The notes under the pieces are model-generated. The model was not told where the DNA came from. It ran no database searches and saw only the letters and a list, made by a program, of their open reading frames with translations. This document shows, piece by piece, positions 37,126-48,460 of a DNA stretch of 64,000 nt (the first letter of the stretch is position 1; each line of letters starts with the position of its first letter). The stretch covers positions 58,473 to 122,472 of the forward strand of contig CAZDDE010000001.1 of NCBI GenBank assembly GCA_964504205.1. The letters run 5' to 3'. The position numbers were made by a program, and so were the translations under genes. The stretch is from an uncultured Candidatus Saccharibacteria bacterium. GTDB lineage: Bacteria; Patescibacteriota; Minisyncoccia; Spechtbacterales; HO2-43-30.

Positions 37126-38535
37126 TTAGGTGAGAGTTTTTATTTCGGGGCCTCGATCGGTGTCATCAATCTTATATCCCATAGATTCTATTTTACGGCG
37201 AATGATATCGGCTTCCTCCCAGTTTTCCTCTCGCCGCATTTGTTCGCGCTTGGCCGCGAGCACGACTATTTCTTCCGGGATTATTTCGCCGCGCATCGCC
37301 GGAATTATTCCAAAAATTTTATCTACATCATTTAAAAATTTTACTATTTCGCTCGCGGCAACGGCCGTAATTTTGTTTTTGGCAAGAAGCGCGTTGCCCG
37401 CGCGCATCAAATCGAAAAGTGCGGCAAGGGCTTTTGGAGTGTTAAAGTCGTCGTTGAGATTAGAAAAAAAATCAGCAATTCCCCTCGTTGCTAAGTGGGG
37501 GAGGGGGTTGGCAGAGGAAGCATTCTGTTCCACTCTAGCTAGCGCAGATATTTTCGTACAGAACTCGCCTAACCGCTTCACATTCACCTCCGCCTGCTTT
37601 ACCGCCGCCTCGCTGTAATCAATCGGTGAGCGATAATGGCTGGATAGTATAAACAGCCGGAAAGTTTCTTTTGAATATTTTTGCAGGAATTCATGGATAG
37701 TTACAAAGTTGCCGAGCGACTTGGACATCTTTTCGCCATTGATCGTAAGAAAACCGGTATGCATCCAGAAATTCACAAGCGGCTCTTTCCCCGAAATTGC
37801 TTCCATTTGGGCAATTTCCGATTCGTGATGCGGAAAGATTAAATCGCGCGCGCCGCCATGAATATCATATTGCTGTCCAAGTTCAGCTTCGCTGATCGCT
37901 GTATCCTCAATATGCCAGCCGGGTCGGCCTTTTCCCCATGAGCTGTCCCAAGACGGTTCGCCCGATTTAGAAAATTTCCACAAAGCAAAATCTCCTTTGT
38001 TGCGCTTATTGAGAGAATCATCTATTCGTGACACGGCATCTTCTGCCGCCACAGCCGTTCGTCCTGATAGTTTCCCGTAATTTTCAAATTTAGAAATATC
38101 GTAGTACACGCCATCACCCGCGATAATATAGGCATAGCCATTCGTGATCAGCCGTTCAACTTGCGAAACTATTTGCGGAATATAATCTGTCGCTCGCGCG
38201 TATTTATCCACCGAGTCAATGTCAAGTTTTTCCATATCGTGATAGTATTCCGTTTCAAAATTGCGGGCGAGTTCCTGCGGCGTCTGATGTAATTCATTGG
38301 CGCGCGCGATTATTTTATCGTCTAAATCCGTGATATTCTGCACATAACGGACTTCGTATTCTAAATGGCGAAGATACTTGATAAATGCGTCAAAAGCAAT
38401 ATATGTGCGCGCGTGGCCGATATGCGCATAATCATAAACAGTTGGCCCGCAAACGAAAAAATTAACCCTCTTATCTTGGAGGGGCAAAAATTCCTTTACG
38501 GCTTTGGATCGCGTGTCGTATAGCGTTAGAGCCAT
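37126..38535 (-). CDS. cysS: cysteine--tRNA ligase
   Basis: CGPTVYDYAHIGH, GRPGWHIE, DLIFPHHE, KMSKSLGN. Confidence 0.97.
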   Translation of the reverse strand: MALTLYDTRSKAVKEFLPLQDKRVNFFVCGPTVYDYAHIGHARTYIAFDAFIKYLRHLEYEVRYVQNITDLDDKIIARANELHQTPQELARNFETEYYHDMEKLDIDSVDKYARATDYIPQIVSQVERLITNGYAYIIAGDGVYYDISKFENYGKLSGRTAVAAEDAVSRIDDSLNKRNKGDFALWKFSKSGEPSWDSSWGKGRPGWHIEDTAISEAELGQQYDIHGGARDLIFPHHESEIAQMEAISGKEPLVNFWMHTGFLTINGEKMSKSLGNFVTIHEFLQKYSKETFRLFILSSHYRSPIDYSEAAVKQAEVNVKRLGEFCTKISALARVEQNASSANPLPHLATRGIADFFSNLNDDFNTPKALAALFDLMRAGNALLAKNKITAVAASEIVKFLNDVDKIFGIIPAMRGEIIPEEIVVLAAKREQMRREENWEEADIIRRKIESMGYKIDDTDRGPEIKTLT

Positions 38536-39437
38536 TTCTTTTTCTTAAAATAGCCAATCATCAAAATTACCATCAGTCCCATTACTGCGGTAATAATCCA
38601 GAAGGAGCCGGTTTCCCGAAGGGGCATGCCGTCTATATTCATTCCCCAGATGTTCGCTAAAAATGTAACTGGCATAAAAATTGTCGAAACGATCGTCAGA
38701 ATTTTGATTATTTCATTTATTTTTGTGGAAAGCAATGAGCTATTTGTGTCGGCAAGCGCGGCGAGAGTTTCGCGCTGTTCCTCCAGCTCATTCCAAACAT
38801 TATCAAAATTTCCGTGCAAGTTGGCAAGATGCGGCGCAAACTCTTCGCCAAAAAAAACGCGGCTATCTGCAACGAGAGACGCGAAAACCGATCTTTGCGG
38901 CGCAAGAATTCGGCGGAAATCAATGATATCGCGCTGGGTTTCGGAAATTTCAAAGACCATTTCTTTTTCGCGGCCCTTAAATATCGCTTTTTCAATGTAA
39001 TCAACCCTATGCTCGATGTGTTCTAGTTTGGTCAGTACGTTGGCGAGGATTGAACGAATCAGATAAAAAAACAGATAAGCCGTTCCCTCGGACATATATT
39101 CCTTCTTTGCGTCATTGTGAAGATTGATCCGAGCGAATAGTGATTTTAACGGCAGAATTGTTTTGTAGTGGCTAGTGATAAGGTGGCTTTTGGTAACAAT
39201 AATATCCAACTCTCGGGCAAAAGCCTCACTCTTTTTTTTGTTGAAGGCGGGGTAGTAAAGTACCATAAAGAGATAATCCCCGTGATTTTCAACCTTTGGC
39301 CGATGACTCGCCGGAATTATTTCTTTCAAAACAATTTCATGGAAATTAAAGTTATCCTGCAAAAATTGTATATCTTCTTTTTGCGGGTTCTGGATATTTA
39401 TCCACTTTAAGTTATTGTGCTCGATAGATTGCCTCAT
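38526..39437 (-). CDS. corA: CorA-family Mg2+/Co2+ transporter
   Basis: HRPKVE, KILTIVSTIFMP, WGMN, YFKKKKWL. Confidence 0.93.
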   Translation of the reverse strand: MRQSIEHNNLKWINIQNPQKEDIQFLQDNFNFHEIVLKEIIPASHRPKVENHGDYLFMVLYYPAFNKKKSEAFARELDIIVTKSHLITSHYKTILPLKSLFARINLHNDAKKEYMSEGTAYLFFYLIRSILANVLTKLEHIEHRVDYIEKAIFKGREKEMVFEISETQRDIIDFRRILAPQRSVFASLVADSRVFFGEEFAPHLANLHGNFDNVWNELEEQRETLAALADTNSSLLSTKINEIIKILTIVSTIFMPVTFLANIWGMNIDGMPLRETGSFWIITAVMGLMVILMIGYFKKKKWL

Positions 39438-39570
39438 GCCTCAACTATACCATATGGGCAGGCTGTGTATAACTAGATAGGGGACACCGTACACTTGACA
39501 AAATTTTTAGCTAAAGCATAATGCATTTAGGCTCGCGAAGAACAATAATACAAAAATAAGGAGGTAGAAT

Positions 39571-40206
39571 ATGAGCGCAAGAACAAAGAAGGCTCTGCTG
39601 GTTACGCTCGTGTGTGTTTTTGTAGCTGTGCTCTTCTTTGGAGCGCTACCGCTTCTAGCACGTCACCTTGGAGATACAAAAGAGGGAGTAGTCGCTGTAC
39701 CGCGCAACGTTGAGAGCGCGCTTGAGACGGAAAATCTCACTTTTGGTTTCGTCGCGTCTACCGATAAGTTTTTCACGATCTTTTACAAAGAAACAAAAAA
39801 TTCCCCTGGTTATATCCAGATATATTCAAGCGCTGAATTTGTCCTTTGGTTTAAAGCAGGAAACGGAACAGAGCTTTCTAAGGCATATATCAGAACAGGG
39901 ATTGGTCACTACTTTGTCTACTGGGCGCCGCTGTTTAACGGATTGGCTAATGTGGTCTATTATGAAAAGATTGATTTTTCTCCCTATCCCTTCTTATTTG
40001 CAGAAGTCAATCTCAAAGAAACGCCATCGGCAGTAGATACACAGATTCTTGTTAGCTACACTCAAAAAGAATTTTTTTGGATATTCGCAATGTTTGGGGG
40101 AGTGATGATAGTACTGTTAGGCTTAGTAATCTTTCTTAACTTTAATCGACGTGCTTATACGCGCGCCCAGCGCGCGGCGAGACGTTCTGATGCGCAGCAT
40201 CCTTAA
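39571..40206 (+). CDS. hypothetical membrane protein (N- and C-terminal TM helices)
   Basis: SD AGGAGGT, promoter TTGACA-16-CATAAT at 39495-39522, terminator at 40204-40228. Confidence 0.7.
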   Translation: MSARTKKALLVTLVCVFVAVLFFGALPLLARHLGDTKEGVVAVPRNVESALETENLTFGFVASTDKFFTIFYKETKNSPGYIQIYSSAEFVLWFKAGNGTELSKAYIRTGIGHYFVYWAPLFNGLANVVYYEKIDFSPYPFLFAEVNLKETPSAVDTQILVSYTQKEFFWIFAMFGGVMIVLLGLVIFLNFNRRAYTRAQRAARRSDAQHP

Positions 40207-40329
40207 ACGCCTTTCTAAAAGGCGTTTATTTATTGTTATCATGCTTGCAAAGCTTGAGTTTCTATGTGAGTATATTTTGAAAGTTCGTTGACAAAAATTT
40301 TATAAAATAGAATCGCCAGGAGGAGGATT

Positions 40330-42804
40330 ATGAAAGATCACGCAATGATTCTGTCATCGCAGGAGTTGCTGGAATTGCATAAACTGTTATGTCGCACGGG
40401 GGCTCTTAATCTAGCGATAACGCATCTGCGCCGCGAGGTTTTTGGGGCGTGTCTTTTAGGCACGCTCATGGAGACGGTTTCCGTTGTGCCGATGTTTGCT
40501 TTATTAAAGAAAGGCATTTTATTTGAAAGTGATGTCAGTGGCGATCACCGCACCAATTGGGGAGTTCTTACGGTTAAAGACGAGGTCACGCGCCCAATCA
40601 ACGGGCACGATCATATTCGTGAGATATTTCGCAATCATTTTAACCGCGCCACCGGCGGCAACCGCGGCCGTGACGGCAATATTCATTTGGGGTGTCTGGA
40701 CTGCAATATCGTTCCATTTATGTATTCTGATATGGGCGGCATGACTGGTATCATGGCCGGACGCGCCGAGAAATTGGCGCGGCAATGGCACGATCTTCCG
40801 CGCAAACAGCGCCCCATTGCCGTATCATTCTATGGCGAAGGCGCTGAACAGCAGGGCCTTTTGCATGAAACGCGCAACGCCGTGGCTGTAAGCAACTTCA
40901 AGTGGGATCTGGAAGAATTCTCCAAACGTTATGGCGAACAATTTATAACTCCGCTTATGCGCGAGCTAAAAGTTTCGCGCGGCGCGCCCACTCTTTACAT
41001 AATTGTACTTAACCACCGATCGCTTTTTGCTGACGCAATAGAGGAATACGCTAATTCCGATCTTGTTAAGAGGGCCTTGGGCTATGGCGATATGGTCGGC
41101 GTGCAAGTGAATAGTTTTGATGTGCTGAAATACTACGCCGAGTGCGAAAAGGCGATAGAGCGCGCGCAAGAATGCGTAGCCACATTAATGGTTGTGGATA
41201 CTTATCGCGGCACCGGGCACAATCAGGAACAAATTCAGTATGAAAAAGCCCTATCGGATATTGCAACGCGCGAAGATCTCGCAAGAGTTAAACGCGTTTG
41301 GGGAGTATATGACTTAAGTGAATTCCACGCGGCGTGGAAGAAAGATCCCATTTTATACCCTAATTATATTCTCGCTACCGAAACTGCGAATAAGGAAACT
41401 TTGGATAGAATACGTGTCCAAGAAGAAAGAAACGTGCTTGCTCTTGCCGCGGAAGTGCTTAAAGAGCCGCCAATTACGGTTCTGGAAGATAAAAAAGACC
41501 GTAATATTTTTCCGCCGATTGACCTGGCGCTTTTGCCAAAAGAACCAAGCGCGGCCTCTCTGCTTAAAACTGATCCGGGCAACACACGGCTTGTTATAGC
41601 GCGGCAAGCGCGTGAGATGGGGTATGTGCTGGACGGGAGCAAGGCAAATAAATGGGGATACAACGAAGCATATACGCGAACAGTCAAGCAGTTGATGCGC
41701 GATGACAAAATGGTTATCTACTATGGCGAGGACGTCGGTTCTAGAGAAGGCGGGGTTCTTAGTCTAACTCGCGCCAGAGGCGACATTTCGCTCGCGGAAG
41801 AATTTGGTCCCGGTCGCGTGCCTAATTTTCCGATATCCGAAGAGGCCGGCCTTTCTATGGTCGCTGGTCATGCGTTGAATGGCCCGAAGGGTTTTTGGGA
41901 AAATCAGTTTGGCTGGTTCTTTGCCGATTCCTACCGAGTTATGGATGGTACGGGCCCTCAGTATTATCAGAAAAAAATGAAGTTTCGTTATATTGCTGTT
42001 TTCCCCTGTGGAAAAGTGCACGGCGGAGGAAGCGGCGATTTTCACGAGCGTTATGTTGAGGAAATTATTCAAACTATGGGTGGAATTGCGATACTATTTC
42101 CAAGCAATGCCTATGATCTGGTTGGACTTTTACGCACAGCTTATTTATACGATGGGCCGGTCGCGCTGATCCTTGAAATATCCGCAAGCAACTCTTCGGA
42201 GTTTGCGCATCTTGCGCGCAACTGGGCGACTGATGAAATTGATCTTACCATGCCGCAAGGCGTGCCCATTGAGCCATATGCTATTCCCTTTGGCACGGCA
42301 AGGATCGTGCGGCCGGGCAAAGATTTTACTGTCGTTGCATACGGCGCCTGCGCGGTTGCCGCGGCCAAAAACGAGGCGGATTTTCTTTATAAGGAAGAGG
42401 AGATTGATGCGGAAGTAATAGATTTGCGCACGGTGCATCCATTTGACATTGAAGCTGTAAAGTTTTCTGTAGTCAAAACCGGACGAATGGTTGTTATGCA
42501 GTCGGCCAATGAATTTCGCGGCGCCGGGCATTACATTCAATCTAAACTGATCGAAGAAGATGATATTTTCTGGAATCTTCTTTCCAAGCCCAAACTTATT
42601 TATGCCGGCATGGAGGGAGATATTTTTGTCCCTACGGCAAAGACATTACTCGAAGCTCGTTTGCCGTGGCAGGAGATTGAAGTTTCCGTCTTTGATTTAG
42701 AGAGCCGTAAAGATGCCGAGAACGAACAGAAATACTATACCCAGCGCATTCATCGCTCGCATCAGTTGGCCGAGTGTATACTCGCTGGTATGAAAGATCG
42801 ATAG
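40330..42804 (+). CDS. divergent fused E1 alpha+beta 2-oxoacid dehydrogenase (ThDP-dependent)
   Basis: GRDGNIH, YGEGA (ThDP motif), TYRGTGH, YGEDVG, PISE, PSNAYD..GLL, PFGTARIVRPGKD, EVIDLRTVHP. Confidence 0.85.
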   Translation: MKDHAMILSSQELLELHKLLCRTGALNLAITHLRREVFGACLLGTLMETVSVVPMFALLKKGILFESDVSGDHRTNWGVLTVKDEVTRPINGHDHIREIFRNHFNRATGGNRGRDGNIHLGCLDCNIVPFMYSDMGGMTGIMAGRAEKLARQWHDLPRKQRPIAVSFYGEGAEQQGLLHETRNAVAVSNFKWDLEEFSKRYGEQFITPLMRELKVSRGAPTLYIIVLNHRSLFADAIEEYANSDLVKRALGYGDMVGVQVNSFDVLKYYAECEKAIERAQECVATLMVVDTYRGTGHNQEQIQYEKALSDIATREDLARVKRVWGVYDLSEFHAAWKKDPILYPNYILATETANKETLDRIRVQEERNVLALAAEVLKEPPITVLEDKKDRNIFPPIDLALLPKEPSAASLLKTDPGNTRLVIARQAREMGYVLDGSKANKWGYNEAYTRTVKQLMRDDKMVIYYGEDVGSREGGVLSLTRARGDISLAEEFGPGRVPNFPISEEAGLSMVAGHALNGPKGFWENQFGWFFADSYRVMDGTGPQYYQKKMKFRYIAVFPCGKVHGGGSGDFHERYVEEIIQTMGGIAILFPSNAYDLVGLLRTAYLYDGPVALILEISASNSSEFAHLARNWATDEIDLTMPQGVPIEPYAIPFGTARIVRPGKDFTVVAYGACAVAAAKNEADFLYKEEEIDAEVIDLRTVHPFDIEAVKFSVVKTGRMVVMQSANEFRGAGHYIQSKLIEEDDIFWNLLSKPKLIYAGMEGDIFVPTAKTLLEARLPWQEIEVSVFDLESRKDAENEQKYYTQRIHRSHQLAECILAGMKDR

Positions 42805-42815
42805 GAGGTGATGCG

Positions 42816-44168
42816 ATGAGGATAAAGTTTGGATTTTTACTAAGCATGGTCAAGGAAACAGTCGGCGGTGCGTATGATCCTGTAGCGAATTTTAGAGAAC
42901 AGCGCATCACGGCATGGCTTGTGAAGGTTGGCGATAAAGTAACTGAAGATTCGTTGATCGTTCAATTTGCCACAGATAAAGTTGATGTCGAAGTGCCGTT
43001 GGCTGGTCTTTGCAATACGATAAAAAGCGGAGTAATCGCTAAACTCAATTACAATACTGGCGATACCTGGAAATATCTGGGCGTCGCAGAGGTCCCGGGC
43101 GACGATAAAATGTTTTTGCCCGAGCTTGGCTGGATTGAAACCGATGAGAATAGTCACGAGACGCTTCAACCTTCTTTACCCGCCGAAACGGCCGAAGTTT
43201 CTGTGGAAAAGAAACCTGCGTCTGCAAGTCCAGCGGCACGCAAGCTTGCCCATGAAAACGGTGTTGATATCAACGCCGTGAAAGGCACGGGATCTTTCGG
43301 CAAAGTCATGCGCAAGGATGTGGAGTGGGTAGTCGCTGAAATAAAAAGACGGGAGACTCTGCCGCCGCAGTCGGCCGTAAAGCCAACTAGCGAAAGGGCA
43401 GTAGCGGATGACCGCGTGCCGCTTAACGCGACCCAAATTCGCAAGACTATCGCTTACTTTATGCAAAAGAGCCACGCGGAGATCCCCAAAGCCGGCGATG
43501 CGATTACAGTGGATATAACTAATCTCTGGGAGTTTTACCAAAAGCGGCAAATTGCATGGCGCGAGGATACCAGAACTGACTTTAGCTTCACAGGCATTTT
43601 TATGTTCCTTTCCGCAAAATTACTGCACGAGCAAAAAGATAGATTCGGCATAATCAACGCTTACTGGGATAAGGATGAAAGCGAAGCATATCTATTCAAG
43701 CATGTCAATATCGGCATCGCGGTGCAGACGGCGGATGGTCTAATGGTCCCGGTTATTCATAACGCCGAGGCATTATCGTTTCGCGAATTTATGACTGCGG
43801 TGCATGCCAAAATTCAGGGCGCAATGAGCCGCAAAATTACCATGCCGGAATTGCGCGACCTGACTTTCACTGTAAATAACGTTGGCGCTATGGGCGGCGA
43901 GAGCCCGGATTCAATTGTGCCCTATACACGCGAAGCAAATGGCAAAGAACGGCCGACCGGCATGATCTTGGTGCTTACGGCTAAATGGGAAGTATCCGAT
44001 AGGCAATATATGCGGTTGGCATTCAGTTTTGATCATCGTTTGTTTGACGGAGCGCCGGGATTGGAGTTTGTGCGCGCGATACGCAGCTATATTGAAAGCA
44101 AGAGATATCCCGACGAATTTCGCGAATTGTTCAGCGAAGATTTTTCGCTTTTACAAAGCGAAAAATAA
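42816..44168 (+). CDS. dihydrolipoamide acyltransferase (E2)
   Basis: Lipoyl domain TDKVDVEVP, E3/E1-binding domain ASPAARKLA..GTG..G, catalytic FDHRLFDG; SD AGGAGGTG. Confidence 0.9.
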   Translation: MRIKFGFLLSMVKETVGGAYDPVANFREQRITAWLVKVGDKVTEDSLIVQFATDKVDVEVPLAGLCNTIKSGVIAKLNYNTGDTWKYLGVAEVPGDDKMFLPELGWIETDENSHETLQPSLPAETAEVSVEKKPASASPAARKLAHENGVDINAVKGTGSFGKVMRKDVEWVVAEIKRRETLPPQSAVKPTSERAVADDRVPLNATQIRKTIAYFMQKSHAEIPKAGDAITVDITNLWEFYQKRQIAWREDTRTDFSFTGIFMFLSAKLLHEQKDRFGIINAYWDKDESEAYLFKHVNIGIAVQTADGLMVPVIHNAEALSFREFMTAVHAKIQGAMSRKITMPELRDLTFTVNNVGAMGGESPDSIVPYTREANGKERPTGMILVLTAKWEVSDRQYMRLAFSFDHRLFDGAPGLEFVRAIRSYIESKRYPDEFRELFSEDFSLLQSEK

Positions 44169-44190
44169 CCCCTTTGGATGAAGGGGTTTT
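44167..44190. terminator. bidirectional terminator between E2 and lipB-like gene
   Basis: AACCCCTT-TGGATG-AAGGGGTTTT. Confidence 0.6.
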
Positions 44191-45160
44191 ATATTAACTC
44201 GTGCGCCTTGCCAGAAATTTCCGAGAATTGTTTGACCAGCGCTATGGCGAGCATTTTGGCGACCTTGGGCAAACTGTGCTTTTCTCCGGTGATCTTGTGC
44301 ACTGAAGTCATCCTTAAATTTAAGCCGCAAGGAAATATAGCGTCATAATACGATAAATCCGTTGACAGATTCAGAGCAAAACCGAAAAGGGTAAAGATTC
44401 TTTCCGTGCCACTACTGTAATGCTGCCGGACGGCTTTTATCCCACGCGACATTATTTTAGATGGCAAGCCATCCGCGATCATCCATACTCCGCTTGCAGC
44501 GAGATTAATCGTGCGTTTTCCCGTTTCATCACTTGAAACTGCGCCCTGCAAAATAAGATCGTTCTGTATCGCCGGATCCGCAAGATCGTATGTTTCTTTT
44601 AAGGTATAAGCTTTTACGCCCAAAGACATAAGAACATCTTTGACAGCTCCCTCCATCGCCTTATTTAGATCCAGTAAACTAATTCCAATCGTTTGAAGAT
44701 CACAGATAAGATAAAGTATAAGTTGTCCGGGACCATGATAGGTTATTGAACCGCCATGATTTGCCACTGGCAGGCAATGCGGTCTTGCGGGAAGCGTCTC
44801 AAGCGTAAAACCTGGCTTGATAAGCGTTTGGCATGCCACAGAATCCTCGAGCTTCTCCTCGTCTAATTTGGGAAAAGTATAAACGGAATCAAGTTCGGCA
44901 AAGAGTAGAAAATTTGGCGTGTCTTGACTAGTTTGCGCGGGAAACAAGCTGGGAATGGGAAGTTGAGCATTTTGGATATACTTTTGCCACTCGGCCTTGG
45001 TGTATATGGGTTTAATCGCCTTGCCGTGTTCTGCGGTCAGGGCGTTGATTTTTCTTTCCAGTAAAAAAATTTGCCACTCAAGCGCTTCTTCGATAGAGGA
45101 GAGGCGCTCGTGATCAAAGCTTGGCAGGATGTTTAGGTAGTTCCAGAAAAATTTGGCCAC
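44189..45160 (-). CDS. lipB: divergent LipB-like lipoyl(octanoyl) transferase
   Basis: GGSITYHGPGQL, GFALN, IFPCGL; SD AAAGGAGGTGA; large insertions. Confidence 0.8.
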   Translation of the reverse strand: MAKFFWNYLNILPSFDHERLSSIEEALEWQIFLLERKINALTAEHGKAIKPIYTKAEWQKYIQNAQLPIPSLFPAQTSQDTPNFLLFAELDSVYTFPKLDEEKLEDSVACQTLIKPGFTLETLPARPHCLPVANHGGSITYHGPGQLILYLICDLQTIGISLLDLNKAMEGAVKDVLMSLGVKAYTLKETYDLADPAIQNDLILQGAVSSDETGKRTINLAASGVWMIADGLPSKIMSRGIKAVRQHYSSGTERIFTLFGFALNLSTDLSYYDAIFPCGLNLRMTSVHKITGEKHSLPKVAKMLAIALVKQFSEISGKAHELI

Positions 45161-45322
45161 AGCGTCTCACCTCCTTTATTTTAAGTTGCTAGTTAAACTC
45201 TAGCACATCTTGACAATTTTTGCCAGAGATGCAAATATATCGTATGCTCTGTTGCGCAGAGCTAGTCCTGGCGATAGTGTCGCCGAGGCTTGTCCCAAAC
45301 TTTAACTTTAAGGAGGGGCAAA

Positions 45323-46078
45323 GTGGAGAACCTTGAAAATCTAAAAAATCTAGCACGCGAAGCCGCTGTTTCGCATTTCCTGTGGGAATTGGGTATACGC
45401 GTGCCTTCTGCAAACCAAGCGCGCAAAGTGTGCCAAATACTTGGATTAAACTTGGCAGATGAAAAGCGTGTCAAAGCGGTTTTGCGAATGCGCGAAGAAA
45501 ATCCCGATATTCTCCTTGAAATTTGCGGTGAAGCGGCTAACGAAGGAGAAAAAGAGATGGTGGAAGTAATTGCCGGCCCCAAGCACTATGAGCGAGAAGC
45601 CGAAATAAAGGATAGCGAACTGTGGGAGAAAATTGCACGAGACTGTAATATTCATACTGCGGGTAGCCAGAATCCTGCAGCTTATCCCTTTATGCGTTTT
45701 TCGACAAATGAGGAACAGTTGCGCTACCCGAATTCTGACTACCTTTCGTTTCCGGTCACAATACATTTTGAATCATCAAGGTACATGATTAAAATTTTAC
45801 CGGTAAGGTACTATCCGTTGAATTTCGCAAAAGGGGTAGAAACGCTATTAAGAAATATTAATGAGATACGGGTCGAATCTTTTTTCGTTGATGTGCGAGC
45901 ATTTGGTGCAACAGGTAAAGAAGATAGAGTGTATAATGGAAGATATTGGAATACCGCAGTTCTTATTGCTGAGCACAAAGACGTGTTAAAGCTCGCCACT
46001 CGGCTCGCCGCGGCCTACGAAGCCGAGACTGCCCGCCGCAAAAAGCCGGCCAAAGCAATCGTGCTGAAGAATTACTAA
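45323..46078 (+). CDS. hypothetical protein
   Basis: GTG start after SD AGGAGG; divergent from lipB; terminator at 46088-46112. Confidence 0.65.
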   Translation: MENLENLKNLAREAAVSHFLWELGIRVPSANQARKVCQILGLNLADEKRVKAVLRMREENPDILLEICGEAANEGEKEMVEVIAGPKHYEREAEIKDSELWEKIARDCNIHTAGSQNPAAYPFMRFSTNEEQLRYPNSDYLSFPVTIHFESSRYMIKILPVRYYPLNFAKGVETLLRNINEIRVESFFVDVRAFGATGKEDRVYNGRYWNTAVLIAEHKDVLKLATRLAAAYEAETARRKKPAKAIVLKNY

Positions 46079-46136
46079 GAGCTATGTACTCCGTATTTAA
46101 ATACGGAGTTTTATTTATGGTGAGTTTGCCAAACCC

Positions 46137-46165
46137 TTGACAATTTTTTGCCATGGTCTTATAAT
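46137..46165 (+). promoter_or_regulatory. groESL sigma70 promoter
   Basis: Perfect TTGACA-17-TATAAT. Confidence 0.85.
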
Positions 46166-46181
46166 GGGGTGTACATTAAAA

Positions 46182-46208
46182 TTATCAGTCAAAGGTCAAG
46201 TTTGATAA
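46182..46208 (+). promoter_or_regulatory. variant CIRCE-like operator of groESL
   Basis: TTATCAGTC-N9-GTTTGATAA just downstream of the predicted TSS. Confidence 0.75.
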
Positions 46209-46215
46209 AAGGTCA

Positions 46216-46240
46216 TGAAACCTGAAACCTGAAACCTGAA
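46216..46240. repeat. heptamer tandem repeat (TGAAACC)x3.5 in the groES leader
   Basis: TGAAACC TGAAACC TGAAACC TGAA; degenerate complementary TGTTTCR units at 46261-46297. Confidence 0.75.
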
Positions 46241-46303
46241 TTATTTTTTCAACAAAGGATCATGTTTCAGTAGTTGTGTTTCGTGTTTCATGTTTTAAGT
46301 TAC

Positions 46304-46594
46304 ATGAAGTTACGTCCGCTTCGTGATCATGTCGTCCTTGAGGCAATCAAGGAAGACAAAAAAAGCAAGGGAGGCATTGTGCTTCCGGATACGGCTTCAA
46401 AAGAGAGGCCGGAGCAGGGCAAAGTGGTGGCTGTTGGGCCCGGCCGCCTAAATTTGAAGGGGCAAAGAGTGCCGATGGAAGTGAAAAAAGGCGATACTGT
46501 CTTATTTTCTAAATACGGCCCAAACGAAATCAAGGTCGATGAAAAAGAATATTTAGTCGCGAAAGAGGAGGATATATTAGCTATTCTTGAATAA
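46304..46594 (+). CDS. groES: co-chaperonin GroES
   Basis: MKLRPLRDHV, GGIVLPDTA, G.VVAVGPG, EEDILAI. Confidence 0.97.
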   Translation: MKLRPLRDHVVLEAIKEDKKSKGGIVLPDTASKERPEQGKVVAVGPGRLNLKGQRVPMEVKKGDTVLFSKYGPNEIKVDEKEYLVAKEEDILAILE

Positions 46595-46616
46595 ATTCAA
46601 GAATAGCAATTCCTAA

Positions 46617-48290
<1,674 letters not shown>

Positions 48291-48291
48291 T

Positions 48292-48335
48292 ACTAAAACA
48301 AATCATCGGGGTCAGCCCCGATGATTTGTTTTAGT
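48292..48335. terminator. groEL terminator (long perfect hairpin)
   Basis: ACTAAAACAAATCATCGGGG-TCAG-CCCCGATGATTTGTTTTAGT. Confidence 0.85.
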
Positions 48336-48460
48336 CTGTGGTTTTATTTTGGCGCATATTACCCTCTGTTTTTTCTTACCGAAGAGTGGTATGAAAAAGA
48401 TGGCTCATTAAAATTTTTATATTCTCCCCCGTAAGAATAGGGGAGTAGGAGGTGATCGTT

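Noticed and set aside
46216-46300. CRISPR array
   Set aside because: The units are 7 nt with no spacers. No 23-50-nt repeat-spacer array or cas gene was seen anywhere in the window.
48340-48460. purine riboswitch upstream of purA (contains CCGTAA and a hairpin near the SD)
   Set aside because: The TATAA, ATATGG and GTTTCTAC junction motifs and the three-way junction are absent.
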